Assembly (NCBI GenBank): GCA_964016885.1 | Contig: OZ024742.1 | Span: 322,152,001-322,216,000, forward strand | DNA: 64,000 nucleotides | DNA from: Eledone cirrhosa | Taxonomy: Eukaryota | Direction of reading: 5' to 3' | In this document: positions 1 to 15,038 of the stretch, piece by piece | Layout of the letters: the number at the start of each line of letters is the position of its first letter | Position numbering within the stretch: position 1 is the first letter of the stretch | The notes under the pieces: generated by a model | Seen by the model: only the letters and a program-made list of their open reading frames with translations | Told to the model about the DNA's origin: nothing | Database searches by the model: none | Position numbers and translations under genes: made by a program

Positions 1-152
1 ATATATAAATGTATGTATATATGAATGTATATTTATATGTGTGCGAATTTGAAAATCAGAATGAGAATCAGAGGGAGATTGTGAAATTGCAAGTGACGAA
101 AGAAGAGAGGGAGTGAGAGAGAGAGAGGGGGAGAGAGAGAGGGGGAGAGAGA

Positions 153-191
<39 letters not shown>

Positions 192-206
192 TGTGAGAGA
201 GAGAGG

Positions 207-243
<37 letters not shown>

Positions 244-503
244 AGTGGGACACAGACTGTTTGTGAGTTCCTACGTCTATCATGAAACCTAGACACAGTG
301 CCAAGAAAAACTCTGTTGTTTTCGATTCGTTCTTTTGGAAAATTCTAGAGAAAATTGTTTGTTCACAGCGGTGCCTCGGCGCGAACCTCGCTACACCCCT
401 ACTGCGTCAAATATTATAGAGTCCCTCACTGCTCTAAACAAATGTTACCATCATATTAAAATACCGCCATCTTGGATTCTATAAAATACTGTTGTGGAGG
501 CAC

Positions 504-572
<69 letters not shown>

Positions 573-606
573 TGTGTGTTTGTTTGTGACTGTGTGTAAG
601 TGTGCC

Positions 607-656
<50 letters not shown>

Positions 657-902
657 TTTACATATATTTATTTATAGATACATACATGCATATATGTATA
701 TATATATACATACATACATACACACACACAGCACACATATACATATGCATATATATGTGTGCGTGTGTGTGTATATAGTTATAAAAATATCTATGTAATT
801 TTCTATGCATCTATATGTATATATATATATATATGTATGTATATGTATGTATATATGTATGTATATATCTACATCTTTCTCTCTTTCTCTTTCGCGCTCT
901 CC

Positions 903-1025
<123 letters not shown>

Positions 1026-1767
1026 TATATATATATATATATATAAAGAAAGAGAGAAATTAATAGATATATAGATCATGTTTATAAATATATATATATA
1101 TTATTTACATACACGCATAAATTCATACATACACACACTCGTACATGTATGTAATTATACGTGCGTACGTATGTGTGCGAGTGCAAGTACGTGTGTATGT
1201 ATGTGTATGCGTGCGTGAACGTATATATATGTGTGTGTATGCATGGTTATTACAGTCTTTTATAACAGGTGTAAATGAATTGTGAATGCAGTGGAGTGGG
1301 GGGGGTGAAGCTGGAGAAGGAAGGGGAATGTGTAGGAGGCGGGTGAGGACGAGGCGAGAATGATAGAAGGCATGATAGTTATGAAGAGGTAGTGAAAGGA
1401 GCGGGTGGAGTGCAAATGTTTAGAGGTGGTGGATGGAGATAGTGGGTAGAAGGAGGAGGGGGATGTCGGCTGATGTTCAATTAGCGTGACGTGTGCAAAA
1501 GTTTGGCGTTTGTCTGTTGTGGTTGAGAATGGCCGACTAGTGGGGGCCAGTCAGATATTCGGGGCTATCACGCGAAATCTTAAGGTTATTCGGTGCATTC
1601 TCATCTCTCACACACACACACACACATGTACACATACAAACACGCACAAACAGACATAAATATAACCAAACACACACTCAAATACATAATCATATGTGTG
1701 TGTGTGTGTGTACGTACGTGGGTTTGTGTGAATGTATGTATGTATATGCATGTATGTATATACATGC

Positions 1768-1810
<43 letters not shown>

Positions 1811-1819
1811 TTATTTATA

Positions 1820-1902
<83 letters not shown>

Positions 1903-2030
1903 GTATATATATATATTATATATATATATTATATATATAAATAAATAAATATATATATATTTATGTATATATATATATATTATATATAAATAAATAAATA
2001 TATATATATATATATTATATATATAAATAA

Positions 2031-2120
<90 letters not shown>

Positions 2121-2125
2121 AATAA

Positions 2126-2178
<53 letters not shown>

Positions 2179-2430
2179 ATAAATAAATAAATATATATAT
2201 ATATATTTATATATATATATATTTATTTATTTATACACACACATATATATATATATATATATAAACACACACATACATATATGAAGATGTGTTAAGACCT
2301 GTGTGTGTGTGAGTGTGAATGTGTATTAATATGTGTGTGATTGTATGCGTACGGATGACGATGGTAATATCTACATTTATACATTCATATGAATAGAAAC
2401 ATGAGTAGACTGACATAGGTGAACACATTC

Positions 2431-2471
<41 letters not shown>

Positions 2472-2683
2472 TGTAGATGGGGGTGTTTGTGCATGCGTGT
2501 GTGTGTGTCTGCGTATGTATGTGTGTGAGCGTGTGTGCGTGTTTGTGTGTATGTGCATGCGTGTGTGTGTATGTGTTTGCGTATATGCTCGTGTGTTTCA
2601 AATTCACACACACTCTCTTATGCACCACACGAATTACTTGAATATACAAGAGAGAGAGGGAGGGAGAGAGAGAGAGAGAGAGG

Positions 2684-2722
<39 letters not shown>

Positions 2723-2939
2723 AAACAAGCATATATACTCCTATGTAATAACAATTTATTTCTCTTTAATTCGGAGCCAGAATCTGCGTCAGCGTGGTAA
2801 GATTCAATCCAAGGCCTTTTCTCTCCTACCAGAGAAACCCCTCCCTGATTGAGCTCCGCTGTTTTTGTTTTGGTTTTGGTCATGTCAGGGGTGTAGTCAT
2901 ACTTAACGCGCTCGGCCAATTGCGGGTTGGTTAGGATAT

Positions 2940-3025
2940 TTAACCCATAGCTGGGTAAACTCATTTCTACAGCTGAGTGGACGGGAGCAACGTGAAATAA
3001 AGTGTCTTGCTCAAGAACACAACGC
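2940..3025 (-). mobile_element. SINE central-domain fragment (CORE-like)
   Basis: Minus strand TTGTGTTCTTGAGCAAGACACTTTATTTCAC...CACTCAGCTGTAGAAATGAG resembles conserved SINE core domains; family assignment from memory only. Confidence 0.45.
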
Positions 3026-3431
3026 AAAGAATACAGAATAAAAACATCAGCAACAACAACTATAACACGAACAACAACAAGAAGAACAACAACAACAAAT
3101 AAAAACAGATACAGTGACAGACGCAACAACCAAATCAACCAATACAAACAGGGGTGACAGGAATGTAAGAGTTTTTTTTTATAATTTTTTACACTGAAAG
3201 GAAAAAAGAAGGGGGAGTTTATTGTTTCGAATTCGTGAAAACATATACAGTAAAAATCGCTTATTTGTGATCACTCTGAGACATATTAATAACCGCTTGA
3301 TAACATTCAGCAAATAAAAACGTCTTGCACACTCTAATTTTGATAACAATAGTTGTTTGATAAGTAATGTACTGGGTAATTGCTGGCCTTGTGCCAAAAG
3401 TAGAAACAAATATTATGTTTACTGTGACAGA

Positions 3432-3620
3432 GCGGTGGATTGGCAGTATCGGTAGATGTTCGGGCACCATGCTTTGCAGCATAGAGTTACGCCCCTTTAT
3501 GATCTGAGTTCAAATCCAGCCGAGGTTAACTTTGCCTTTCATCCTTAGAGGGTCGATAAAATAAAGTACCAGTAATACACGGGGATAATTGCTGGCCTTG
3601 TGCCAAAAGTAGAAACAATT
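3432..3620 (+). mobile_element. tRNA-derived SINE, family S1
   Basis: A-box-like TGGCAGTATCGG and B-box GAGTTCAAATCC, followed by GCCGAGGTTAACTTTGCCTTTCATCC..GTCGATAAAATAAAGTACCAGT and tail GCTGGCCTTGTGCCAAAAGTAGAAAC; at least 7 copies in the window. Confidence 0.85.
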
Positions 3621-3654
3621 ATGTGTTTACTGTGACTGGTTTACAGTTCATATA

Positions 3655-4159
3655 CGAGGGGGCTTCAAAAATGTTCGTGGAAAAAGGACAGTTGGAGAAA
3701 ATGGTTTAAGTTATGATGCTTATTTTTCAAGATATGCTCCATTTCTTCAAGTGTTAATTGATATCAGCCTTTAAATTCATGTGTGTAAAACTGAGGGCCA
3801 TGTGATTTAAACCATGTCAAAGTAGCTTTTCTTTATATCTTCAACCTCATCTCTTTCACTTCTAAAACGACTTGTCCATTCGTAGGTTGTTGATTTCTTT
3901 GGGGCATTGTCCCCATAAACTTGCTCCAGAGTGTCAATGATTTGGCTGCTCGTTCCCCCTAGCTTCACCGTGAATTTGATGTTTTGATGAAGACCATATT
4001 GCTCGAGCAGGTGCTGATTTCCGACTGGCGACGCCGTGTTACAACATGCATTTAAGGGTTTATGTTAGAAGATGTTATGACACGTTAGTACGAGAACGTA
4101 CAGGTGCATTGAGTTCAAATCCCTGCATAGTTCTCCACGAACTTTTTGAAGCTCCCTCG
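3655..4159. mobile_element. Tc1/mariner-type MITE (non-autonomous DNA transposon)
   Basis: Imperfect ~30-bp terminal inverted repeats CGAGGGGGCTTCAAAAATGTTCGTGGAAAA / TTCTCCACGAACTTTTTGAAGCTCCCTCG, with TA on both sides (3653-54, 4160-61); no transposase ORF. Confidence 0.8.
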
Positions 4160-5563
4160 TACATATAAGAGGACCACTCAACTGGCATATAATGTTGTTT
4201 TTAAATAAGCACCCAACGTTGGTAGATGTGATAAGCTTATAGGATATAATTTGCTTCATATTAGTGGTACAGATAAAACTTACTTTAATATCAGATTTAT
4301 TGAACATTTTCCTGTTTCTATAGAAAATGGGAAAGTGCTTATCTATTAAATTTAAGATGTCTGATTTGTTTGACTTGACGTTTAGTCGATATGAGGCTGC
4401 ACACCTTTCATCATCTTTTATTTCTTATGGTCTAGGTTTACGGATGTATCTAGTTTTATTTTTGAATCCTCACACTTCTAGAGTATACTAACACTAAGGG
4501 AGTTGCCCCGACACTGATTTCTTTACGAGAAGACAGATTTACTTTCTTTCTACTCTTGATTGGTATAGGCGAACGGTATGAAGCGATGTTGTTTTATGTA
4601 AATAAGCTTTCTAAACGGTTTGCATGAACGAATGTTTAAATCTTGGATGTTACCCAGAAAATTAACTTCGATAAACTATTTGTCTCTATAGTGATTTTAA
4701 TGGTGATAAAGTTAAATGTTTAGATAATGTCCTTCCTTGGTACGTCAGCTGCATAACTGTTTGTCTCTATAGTGATTTTAAAGGCGATAGGGTGGAATGT
4801 TTAGATAATATCATATATGTATAACCAACCTTGGTTGTATAACCATTTGTATTTTTTGCGATAGCTAATACGTCATCTCTGTATAGGCCAAATTTCTATT
4901 GATGTGAATTCTCTAATCGATATCAGGCCATGCGAAGGGATGGACATGACTGTAATGCCAATGACCATAGGTCTACGCGAGATAAGGCCCGTTACTCTAC
5001 ATGTTTTTCTAGTTTAATTGAGTAAATAGATTACAAAACATCGAACCTCCAGACTAAGATGTTTCCACATTTCAATAAGGGAACTTGTTAATAAAGGTCT
5101 TATAATTGGCTTCGATTTTCGTCTTGTAGCTGCAGCCATATTGTTTTAGAGTGTAACGAGACTATGGTGTTGATTCCGGTGTAACTAGGCCACACTGGGC
5201 AGATTTACAATCCGGCTTTCAATCATGGTTAGTTTAAGAGTTGAAGAGGATGGAGATGTGTGTGTGTGAACTTGTCTGGTACATCGCTTTTCATAATTTA
5301 CTTCTTCCAGTCACTTCAATGCGCCAACATACTTCTCCTTGTCCTCCTCTTTCTATCTTTTCTATATTTCATCTGCCTGTCACTCACTTCGTCGATCATC
5401 TCTCTCTCTCGAACACTGGCTACTGATCTCTGTCCTCCCTTTTGACAGCATTTGGCAGTTTTAACGACTGTTCTAGAACTGTGTTTTCTCATTTTTATAT
5501 GAATTCAAATACACACTCGCTTCATCTTGATCAGATATAACAATGTTTATTCATTTAAATATC

Positions 5564-5653
<90 letters not shown>

Positions 5654-5889
5654 TCTATATATATATATTATAAAATAGTATAATAAACCTTTAAGGAATT
5701 ACACCAGTCCAGCCTCCTGTTGTTTTATAATAATTAACTCCGTACTCGCACCACCAACAACACAAACGAAGACGAGTGAGTTGCATTACGTCGAGTGCTC
5801 TCCCTAATATTACATCGAGGTTGACCATACGGAATGACCAGTTCTATCCAGTGATGAATCAACAAACCTAAATGTATATATATATATAT

Positions 5890-6072
5890 AATTGTTTCTA
5901 CTTTAGGCACAAGGCCAGCAATTACCCAGTGCATTACTGGTACTTTATTTTATCGACCCCGTAAGGATGAAAGGCAAAGTCAACCTCGGCGGGATTTGAA
6001 CTCAGATCGTAAAGGGACGTAACTATGCTGGAAAGCATGGCATCCGACCCTCTACCGATACTGCCAATCCAC
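5890..6072 (-). mobile_element. tRNA-derived SINE, family S1
   Basis: Reverse complement of the 3432/30048 SINE, including A and B boxes and tail. Confidence 0.85.
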
Positions 6073-6379
6073 CTATATATATAATATAATTGAATAAACA
6101 AGAGAGATGAACACTAATATAAACATACATGTGTTCGAATCGTAAGGACTAACATTTGCTAGGGTGAAAGAATACAAACCACAGCAATATAGTTTGTTAT
6201 CCTTAACTTTAAATATTAAATTAAGAAAAAATAAGAATAAATAACAGACCTATATTGGGCAAAAATGCCTGGTAACAACTAGACAGTGTTGGAGACTGTT
6301 TATTCAATTATATTGTACGGCTCGGAAAAGCTTTTTTCTTAGAGCTATTTAATTGTAAGGGACTACCCTGAATTCTTAA

Positions 6380-6497
<118 letters not shown>

Positions 6498-7172
6498 ATA
6501 TTTGGGGAGGGTCATATTTGCGTAATATTGCCAGAATTAATAACAGAACACACTCACTGTTTGGTTGGTTTTCGCTTCTCGCTGTCTTTTATATATATAT
6601 ATATCTGCGATCTAACTTACTCGGTCCTCAATGTTGCCATTGACTGACCGGCGGTCAAAAATAATACAGATACAATATAGACAAACACATATATATATAG
6701 TTTACATAATTTACATAAATCTTTCGTTGCACATCTGCAACATCGTCAGTGGTGTTATATTCATTGTTCCTCCTGTTGTGTTGTATGTCTACGCCATTTT
6801 TTTTTTGTTCAGTCTGTCTATATATTTATTTATTTATTTGCTTGTTAGTTTATCTTATTTTATTTTGTCTTCTTTGCGCATGCGTTTGCGTGTGTGTATT
6901 GTGTTATGTGTGATGTGTGACTAGTGTGTATAGTGTTGTGTCTGCTGGGTGACTAGTGTGTGTTTATGTGCTTGTGTATGTATTTATTTATCTTATTTTA
7001 TTTATTTTATTTAATTTACTTATTTATTTATACTTCTCTTAGGTCAGTGTTGTTTGTTTGAACTAATTCATCGCCGCTATATATATATATATATGTATAG
7101 AGGGTAGTAGTTGATGCAGATTTTCGATCCACCGCTGGAAGGAACCTCAGCAACTATGTATGTATTTATGAA

Positions 7173-7535
7173 TACATACATACATACATACATACATACA
7201 TACACACATACATACATACATACATACATACATACATACATACATACATACATACATACACACATACATACATACATACATACATACATACATACATACA
7301 TACATACATACATACATACACACATACATACATACATACATACATACATACATACATACATACATACATACACACATACATACATACATACATACATACA
7401 TACATACATACATACATACATACATACACACATACATACATACATACATACACACATACATACATACATACATACATACATACATACATACATACACACA
7501 CACACATACATACATACATACATACATACATACAT

Positions 7536-7566
<31 letters not shown>

Positions 7567-7640
7567 TACATATATACATACATACATACATACATACATA
7601 CACACACACACATACATACATACATACATACATACATACA

Positions 7641-7670
<30 letters not shown>
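7173..7670. repeat. (TACA)n microsatellite
   Basis: Direct reading; source of the YIHT/MYVC pseudo-ORFs. Confidence 0.97.
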
Positions 7671-7671
<1 letters not shown>

Positions 7672-7891
7672 CCAGATATATGTTTATATCTACTTTAATC
7701 ATACCAATTTCTCTGTTCAGTTTCCATGAACCATAGAATTGGTTAAGCATTTCTCCGTCCTAACAACTTCACGGTGCCAAACTTTCACAACAAAACGCAC
7801 CCCATTTCTTCATTTTCTTTCAGGATTCTGAAACTTTGTTAATGAGATGAGGGAGGGGTGTATACTAAATACGCTTGTGGGGACGGGGGGG

Positions 7892-8018
<127 letters not shown>

Positions 8019-8027
8019 GAGAGGGGG

Positions 8028-8058
<31 letters not shown>

Positions 8059-9033
8059 GCGTTTTGGAAGGTTCAATAATGCTTCAAGCAAACTTCAACA
8101 CTCTCTTATATATATATATATATACACATATATATATATATACACACATATATATATATACACACACACATACAATGCTGTGCCATAATTACACGGACTT
8201 GCAAGCTTGTCATAGTTGTTAGGCAACAACAGATCTACCCCGCCAGTGCCCTCAACAACAACACCACCACCAACACCACCATCCAGAAAATGTATCGAAT
8301 CATAACATGGAGGGTGTGGTACATAAAAAAAACATTAAAGACACCAGTAACAAAACGATGATAAAAAAAATGTTACGACTTACGACAAAAGATAAATAAA
8401 TAGCAAAACACACAAAGGTTGTGTAGATGGATGTGGATAGAGAAGACATTTGTGTGTGTGTGTACTCCAGCGTGGTCATTCTGGGCATGGCTGGGCAAGG
8501 CTAGGTTGGGTTGGGCAAAAGGGTATGGCTAGTCGTTGACTGTATTTAAGAGACCAACAGTCTGTCTGGCGTGATTCTATATGATATGTTTGCTTGGATA
8601 GCTTTTTTTCCATTATTTTTTTCTTTCGTATATTGTTTGTTTTGTATTGTTTTGCTTTTATTCTGTTTGTTTTTGTTATTTTTTTATTTGCTATCTTTTA
8701 TTTGTTCGATGTTTCTTGTGTTTTATTTTTATTTTTATTTTCCCTTTTCTTTGCAATTTTTTTAAAACTTTATTCTTCATTTTTATTATTCTTATTCTTA
8801 ATTTTACGTGTAACTTTTTCGTCTTTTTGTATTGTATTTTATTTTATATTTGAAATATTCTTTCGTTTATATTTTTCTTCTTTAAACATTGAACCCTTTC
8901 ATTTTCGATATTTCTGTCTATTGTAAGAAAGGGTAAGATAAGTACTCTCAACAATAGACATATCTACACACATAAACAATTCTAAACTGGCCGTGACGAA
9001 ACAAAGAAAAGAACTACGCACGTACACACATAA

Positions 9034-9119
<86 letters not shown>

Positions 9120-9415
9120 GTATAAGTCTATTTAAGTATAGATATATATCGCAATAACAGTAGTGGTAAACAAATAACCACAAAAACCACTACAACAACA
9201 ATACAACATTAATGTAACCGGAGAATGTAACAATAAAAATACATTATAGAAAAAATAACAACAACATTTCAAAGATTATATCGATGGGAACACCCTTGAC
9301 CCATTGATTGGGGTTAATGATGTCTCACATATTAAACATAGAGCGATTAGTTAAGAGCTGGATCAACGGACGATGCAATAGCGTTGACGTGACTTTCTTA
9401 AGCCGCTCCTCCCTC

Positions 9416-9473
<58 letters not shown>

Positions 9474-9515
9474 TATATCTTTCTCTTTTACTTTCTTTCC
9501 TTCTCTCTCTCACGT

Positions 9516-9633
<118 letters not shown>

Positions 9634-9924
9634 GCTTGCTCCACTCATCTCAAAACATCTCCGCTGATCCGTATCAGCGGAGATGTTTTGAGCGTTGCCC
9701 CACCTTTGGACTGTTATCTATTCACGGATCATGTGTGTCTTTTCATCCATCATACGTACATACATACGTACATACATACATACATACGTACATACATACA
9801 TACATACGTACATACGTACATACGTACGTACATTCATACATACATACAGATATACGTACATACATACATACATACATACATACATACATACATACATACA
9901 TACATACATACATACATACATACA

Positions 9925-10530
9925 TGGTGGCTGCCAACTCGTTTTCTAGTATGGCCACCACTTTATATCCATGTAGGAGAACCCCTACCGATGTGCTGAA
10001 CGAGTGTGACTTTTTAGTCCAGCCAGCGACTTGAAAACTCTGGTACAAACACGACACCTGTGACAATTATTGACACACAGTGCTGGGCCCATGGTACCAT
10101 GTAACGACAAGTGCAGAGAGATCTCCAGATATAAAGCAATGCCTGTGCCGTGAAGCTTTTATAGTGAGCAAAGGCACTGCACAAAGCCAGTCCCACTCTC
10201 TTAACCAAGATGATATTTACCAAAAAGAATAACAAGTCAACATCATTGGATACCATCAGGGTTGCAAGCGTTATATCAGAGTTTTCCTTCTCCTAGAATT
10301 CTGCCTTGACAAAGGCTAAGGGGTCATCTCTCCCGGTGATTTTGGATGGCCATTGACTCTTAAGAGCTCCTTTGCCCTTTGACAGGTTTTGTTTTTAGTC
10401 TTGCAGGATGTCCAAAGTCACCCTCCTCACCAAGAAACCTTGGTGGGGTTGTCAGTTTAGTCGCCAACGACCCGACCATGAGACAGGTTGTACTGGGATA
10501 CATGTTACCAGTAGAACCAACTCGTGACCT
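9925..10530 (-). mobile_element. RTE-LINE-derived non-autonomous retroelement (family R1)
   Basis: Minus strand has CTAGGAGAAGGAAAACTCTG (RTE 5'-UTR-like motif), then a WRS..C..C.RVFKSLAGL..H...H C2H2-like remnant of an RTE ORF end, and a (TGTA)n tail. Copies at 38523, 39058 and 50381. Confidence 0.65.
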
Positions 10531-10641
10531 GACACATACATACATACATACATACATACATACATACATACATACATACATACATACATACATACATACA
10601 TACATACGTACGTACGTAAGCTAATATCTACATTGAATGAT

Positions 10642-10773
10642 GAGAAGAAGAAGAAGAAGAAGAAGAAGAAGAAGAAGAAGAAGAAGAAGAAGAAGAAGAA
10701 GAAGAAGAAGAAGAAGAAGAAGAAGAAGAAGAAGAAGAAGAAGAAGAAGAAGAAGAAGAAGAAGAAGAAGAAG
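10642..10773. repeat. (GAA)n microsatellite
   Basis: Direct reading. Confidence 0.97.
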
Positions 10774-11196
10774 ATCCTGATACTGGGCATGGTGCTGCTG
10801 GTGATGGTGGTAGTGCTGGTGGTGCTGGTGGTGTTGGTGGCGGTGGTGGTGATGGTATGGTGCTGGTGGTGCTGGGGGTGCCGGTACTAGTTCTACTGGC
10901 GGTGGTGGGGATAATATAAGAACACATGCATAACAAAAATATAAAAACAAATATTCACATTCCAGAAGACTTCATTTTGTTTTTCTTATATAATATTTGT
11001 TTTATTTTATTCTTTACTGTTGCTGATATTGTTTTGTGTGTGTTTGTGTTTGTGTGTGTGTGTGTGCGTGTGTATATGTGTCTGTATATGTATGTGTGTG
11101 TGTGTGTGCGAGTGTGCATGTGTGTGTGTGTGTGCATGCATGTGTGTATGTGTGGGTGTGTGTATATGTGCGTGCATGTGTGTGTGTGTATGTGCG

Positions 11197-11231
<35 letters not shown>

Positions 11232-11291
11232 AGATGTGTGTGTGTGTGTATGTGCGTATATACATATATATATATAGATGACTGTGTGTGT

Positions 11292-11405
<114 letters not shown>

Positions 11406-11842
11406 ACGCGTTGCTTAGTAGTTAGGATGTTCGGCTCACAATCTTAATGTCATGATTCAGATTCTTGGCTGAATGTTGTGTCTTTAAGCCAAATACTACA
11501 CTCGTCGTCTAGTAAGCTGACAAAGACCAGCCTTATTACACATTGATACACCTGAATCTCCCTGAGAACTGCGTTATGGGTGTATGGAATACTCAATAAC
11601 TTACAAATTAATTTCACGAGTATGTTGTTCTATTGTCCCAACAACAAGAAGGCTAGCTGAATACCAACACTATGTCGTTCACCTCCACAAAATTTGATAT
11701 ATGTACGTCAATACTCATATTTCTCCATTACTTAGAAGGTTCTAGACCCCCACTGTCAGGCTAAAATTTCTTGAGTCAAAAATGCGGCGAAAGCTTCTAT
11801 TTCTAATTTCAAACTCGCTCGCTGTTGCAAAAACATACTTAG

Positions 11843-11907
<65 letters not shown>

Positions 11908-11914
<7 letters not shown>

Positions 11915-12105
11915 AAAGTTTGTCCTTCATCAGTGGTCTTCCAACCATCATAGGCATTTCATCGCTTTAAAGACCATATACCTCCGGTTGGTGCGAGCAA
12001 CGGCTAAAAAAAGTCGTTGGGACACGTAAATAAAGGGGACGCGAGGGTAAACAAACAAAATGGTGAAGCAACAGAAAGTGATGAAGAAAGAGACAAGTCC
12101 CAGAT
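11908..12105. repeat. Dispersed ~200-bp repeat family (other copies 36835-37032, 47470-47615)
   Basis: TGAAAAAAGTTTGTCCTTCATCAGTG..GGTTGGTGCGAGCAACGGCTAAAAAAAG is shared by three loci, each next to (TA)n. Confidence 0.8.
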
Positions 12106-12170
12106 ATACCTTAAGTATTGAGTACTCTGGTACGTTATGGTCCATCTGGTTCCTTACCACACCTCTTTCG

Positions 12171-12230
<60 letters not shown>

Positions 12231-12238
<8 letters not shown>

Positions 12239-12893
12239 CGTAAGATAAGAAAATTATAAAATTATAAAAAAATTCTAAAATTGACTTACTTACTAAAATA
12301 TCACTTCCAACTAATTAGTTTCTGGAATGGAGTAAATATATTTTCCGAAGAACATATTGAAAAGCATTCCGTCGTCAGGAAAGTCTATTTTCATGTAAGT
12401 TTCCAGGCATAGCGAGGACTCTGGAAACTTATTAAAAAAATAATTCAGTGGAAATCCTAGCCATTGAGAAAATCACTGCCTCTACGTCTGTGGCAAATTC
12501 AAAAAGAATCAATCACGTGACATCGAGGTCAATCAGTGGAAAGCGAGTTGTTAATAAGACAGCGGCCTGCCTACTACTATAGCAGCAGTCATGGCCAATA
12601 TTGCTCGACAAATGAATTGGAGATAATTATTAAGAATTTATATCTAGTAACATTTATATACATACAGATGCATATCAATGCTAGCAAATATATAGGTTTT
12701 GTCTTTGTAACATTGTGGTTCAATGCATGGGGTTGCAGAACAATAATATGAGAGACGTAAGATAAGAAAATTATAAAATTATAAAAAAATTATAAAATTG
12801 ACTTACTTACTAAAATATCACTTCCAACTAATTAGTTTCTGGAATGGAGTAAATATATTTTCCGAAGAACATATAGAAAAGCATTCCGTCGTC
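12231..12893 (-). mobile_element. HHR-bearing pseudo-LTR/retrozyme-like unit, partial tandem (period ~517 bp)
   Basis: 12231-12376 is repeated at 12748-12893; (TA)n on both sides; homologous to 46120-47185. Confidence 0.7.
12303..12384 (-). ncRNA. Type I hammerhead ribozyme
   Basis: ACUUUC-CUGACGA-c-GGAAUG...CAUUCC-a-GAA-ACUAAUUAGU-U-GGAAGU: 6-bp stem I, 6-bp stem II base, palindromic stem III, GUU site. Confidence 0.8.
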
Positions 12894-12896
12894 TAC

Positions 12897-12982
<86 letters not shown>

Positions 12983-13225
12983 TGAGACAGTAAACAAAAA
13001 ACAAAAAAAAACAACGTGGAAGCGAAGAGGCAGTACAAATGTTAATATTAGTTTCACGCTTGAGAGTGGGGGGCGTGATATATAGTAATAATAATAAATG
13101 TGAAGACTAAAATCCGAAGAGGGCTCGGTAAATATTATATATATATAAATATATATATAAAACCCGTAGAGCAAATATTTATTAAACGGTGAAAGCATGC
13201 TTAAACTTGAATCTGTTATTTTAAT

Positions 13226-13307
<82 letters not shown>

Positions 13308-13702
13308 CGAGAAAAGCAAATGGAAACAACTAAGAAAACACTATAGTGTGCAGTGGAGATATATATTAGTTAATGCTTGATATAGTAAGAAAAGCGTCTT
13401 AATATTTCGGACACTAGTTCTTTATCAGAAGATAGAATAAGAAATAAAAGAAGAAATAGAAAGAAATGGAGTGAGAAGAAGCACGTGTGTGTTCTGCCAG
13501 AGATTTTGGGGAATAAATAAATAGATCTTAAAATAATAAATACATGAATAGATAAATGGATCTTAAAAAGTATACTATTTTTTTAATGAAATAAAAAATA
13601 TTGATGTATAAGTGTGTGTGTGTTTACTTTTTATCTATGCCTGTGTTTATGTCCCGTAATATAGCGGTTCGACACAAAGGAGATCGATAAAATATATACC
13701 AG

Positions 13703-13733
<31 letters not shown>

Positions 13734-13906
13734 CTTCTTCTTCTTCTTCTTCTTCTTCTTCTTCTTCTTCTTCTTCTTGATGTATAAGTGTGTGTGTGTG
13801 TGTGTGTGTGTCTATGTTTACTTTTGTATCTATGTCTGTGTTTATGTCCCGTAACATAGCGGTTCGACACAAAGGAGATCGATAAAATATATACCAGACT
13901 TCTTCT

Positions 13907-13938
<32 letters not shown>

Positions 13939-13944
13939 TTATTA

Positions 13945-13979
<35 letters not shown>

Positions 13980-13981
13980 GT

Positions 13982-14967
13982 TGTTATTCCTTGAATCTCA
14001 GTCATTGATGTTGGTCAACTGGAAAGTCCGTTGGAATGAATATCAAGCCACTACCTGCAGCCTCAGATATTCAGGACGTATCGGAGGGTTCTTGCTGTTC
14101 CAAGCAAGCATGCCTTTTGAAGCGTTCCAACTTTTGGAGATAGTCCCCAGTGCGCCTATGACAATCGGGATCACTTTGACTTCATGGCAGTTCCAAATCC
14201 TTTTCACCTCCCACTTTAGGTCCTGGTATCGGTTAATTTTCTCCCTCTCCTTCTCTTGCACTCTCGTGTCGAACGGGCAGGCCACATCCACAATCAGACA
14301 CGATCTTTTTTCCTTGTCCACAACCACCAGGTCAGGTCTATTGTGTTCCAGTTTTTTGTCCGTCTGTATCCTAAAATCCCACAGCACCTTCACCTGATTG
14401 TTCTCCACCACCGCCTCCGGCCTATGCTCATACCATTTCTCAGAATGTGGTAAATTGTTTACTTTGCACAGGTGCCAGTGGATCACCCTGCCCATCACAT
14501 CGTGTCTCCAGCCCTTATAGTGGGTCTGGGCTAGGTGTTTACACTCGGATACAATGTGAGCCACAGTCTCCTCTCTCTCTCCACAGATCCTGCACAGTGG
14601 GCTAGCCTCCTCCTTGTAAATATGGTGCTTCAACCACTTCGTTTTGAGGGCCTGCTCCTGCGCAGCCATTATCATTCCTTCTGTAGCCTTTTTGAGGTCT
14701 CCTCTTCTCAACCAGTTCCATGTGGATCTCTAAATTCAGTTTTCTCAAAGAAGGTACTATGAAGGGATTTTCCCTTAAGGCTGCTCTTCCTCCTTGATGT
14801 TATTTCCTCCTTGGACATCCCCTGGCCTACTGTCCCCTCCTTCAGTACAGTTTTGAGCATTGGCTCCTTACTATAGGTCACGTATTTGTATAGGTTGTTT
14901 TTCTCCATCTGAACACAGTCCTCTATGCTGATAAGACCTCTTCCACCCTCAGATCTCCTTAGGTAGA

Positions 14968-14968
<1 letters not shown>
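13982..14968 (-). mobile_element. 5'-truncated non-LTR retrotransposon with restriction-like endonuclease, R4/Dong type
   Basis: ORF 14711-14043 has AAQEQAL, a CRICGEREETVAHIVSEC zinc knuckle, RHD, KVLWDF, RPDLVV..DVACP..EK..RYQDL (PD-(D/E)xK endonuclease) and IPIVIGALG. Frameshifted; flanked on both sides by (TAA)n. Confidence 0.85.

Positions 14969-15038
<70 letters not shown>

Larger units (their letters stand above)
3220..4920 (-). pseudogene. Heavily degenerate Penelope-like element (RT C-terminal half to GIY-YIG end), interrupted by a MITE and a SINE
   Basis: Minus-strand translation gives KFGLYRDDVL (GLYRDD at 4889-4872, RT catalytic motif), then EVNFL, SYRLNVKSN, LNLIDKHFP and FNKSDIKVSFICTTNMKQIIS. 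Near 3330-3220 are VCKTFLFAE..NKR..RIRN remnants of the C-terminal Cys/His region also seen at 59581-60001. Multiple frameshifts. Confidence 0.65.

Noticed and set aside
2377-3147. 256-aa minus-strand ORF with hydrophobic N-terminus
   Set aside because: Patchwork of (GTT)n, a SINE fragment, and (CT)n, (CA)n and (TA)n tracts.
13397-13432. Degenerate hammerhead relics (also 16370-16420, 25240-25280, 27055-27093, 30560-30590, 32930-32985, 60645-60735)
   Set aside because: Core mutated, half missing or stem I unpaired; probably decayed HHRs, not called or counted.
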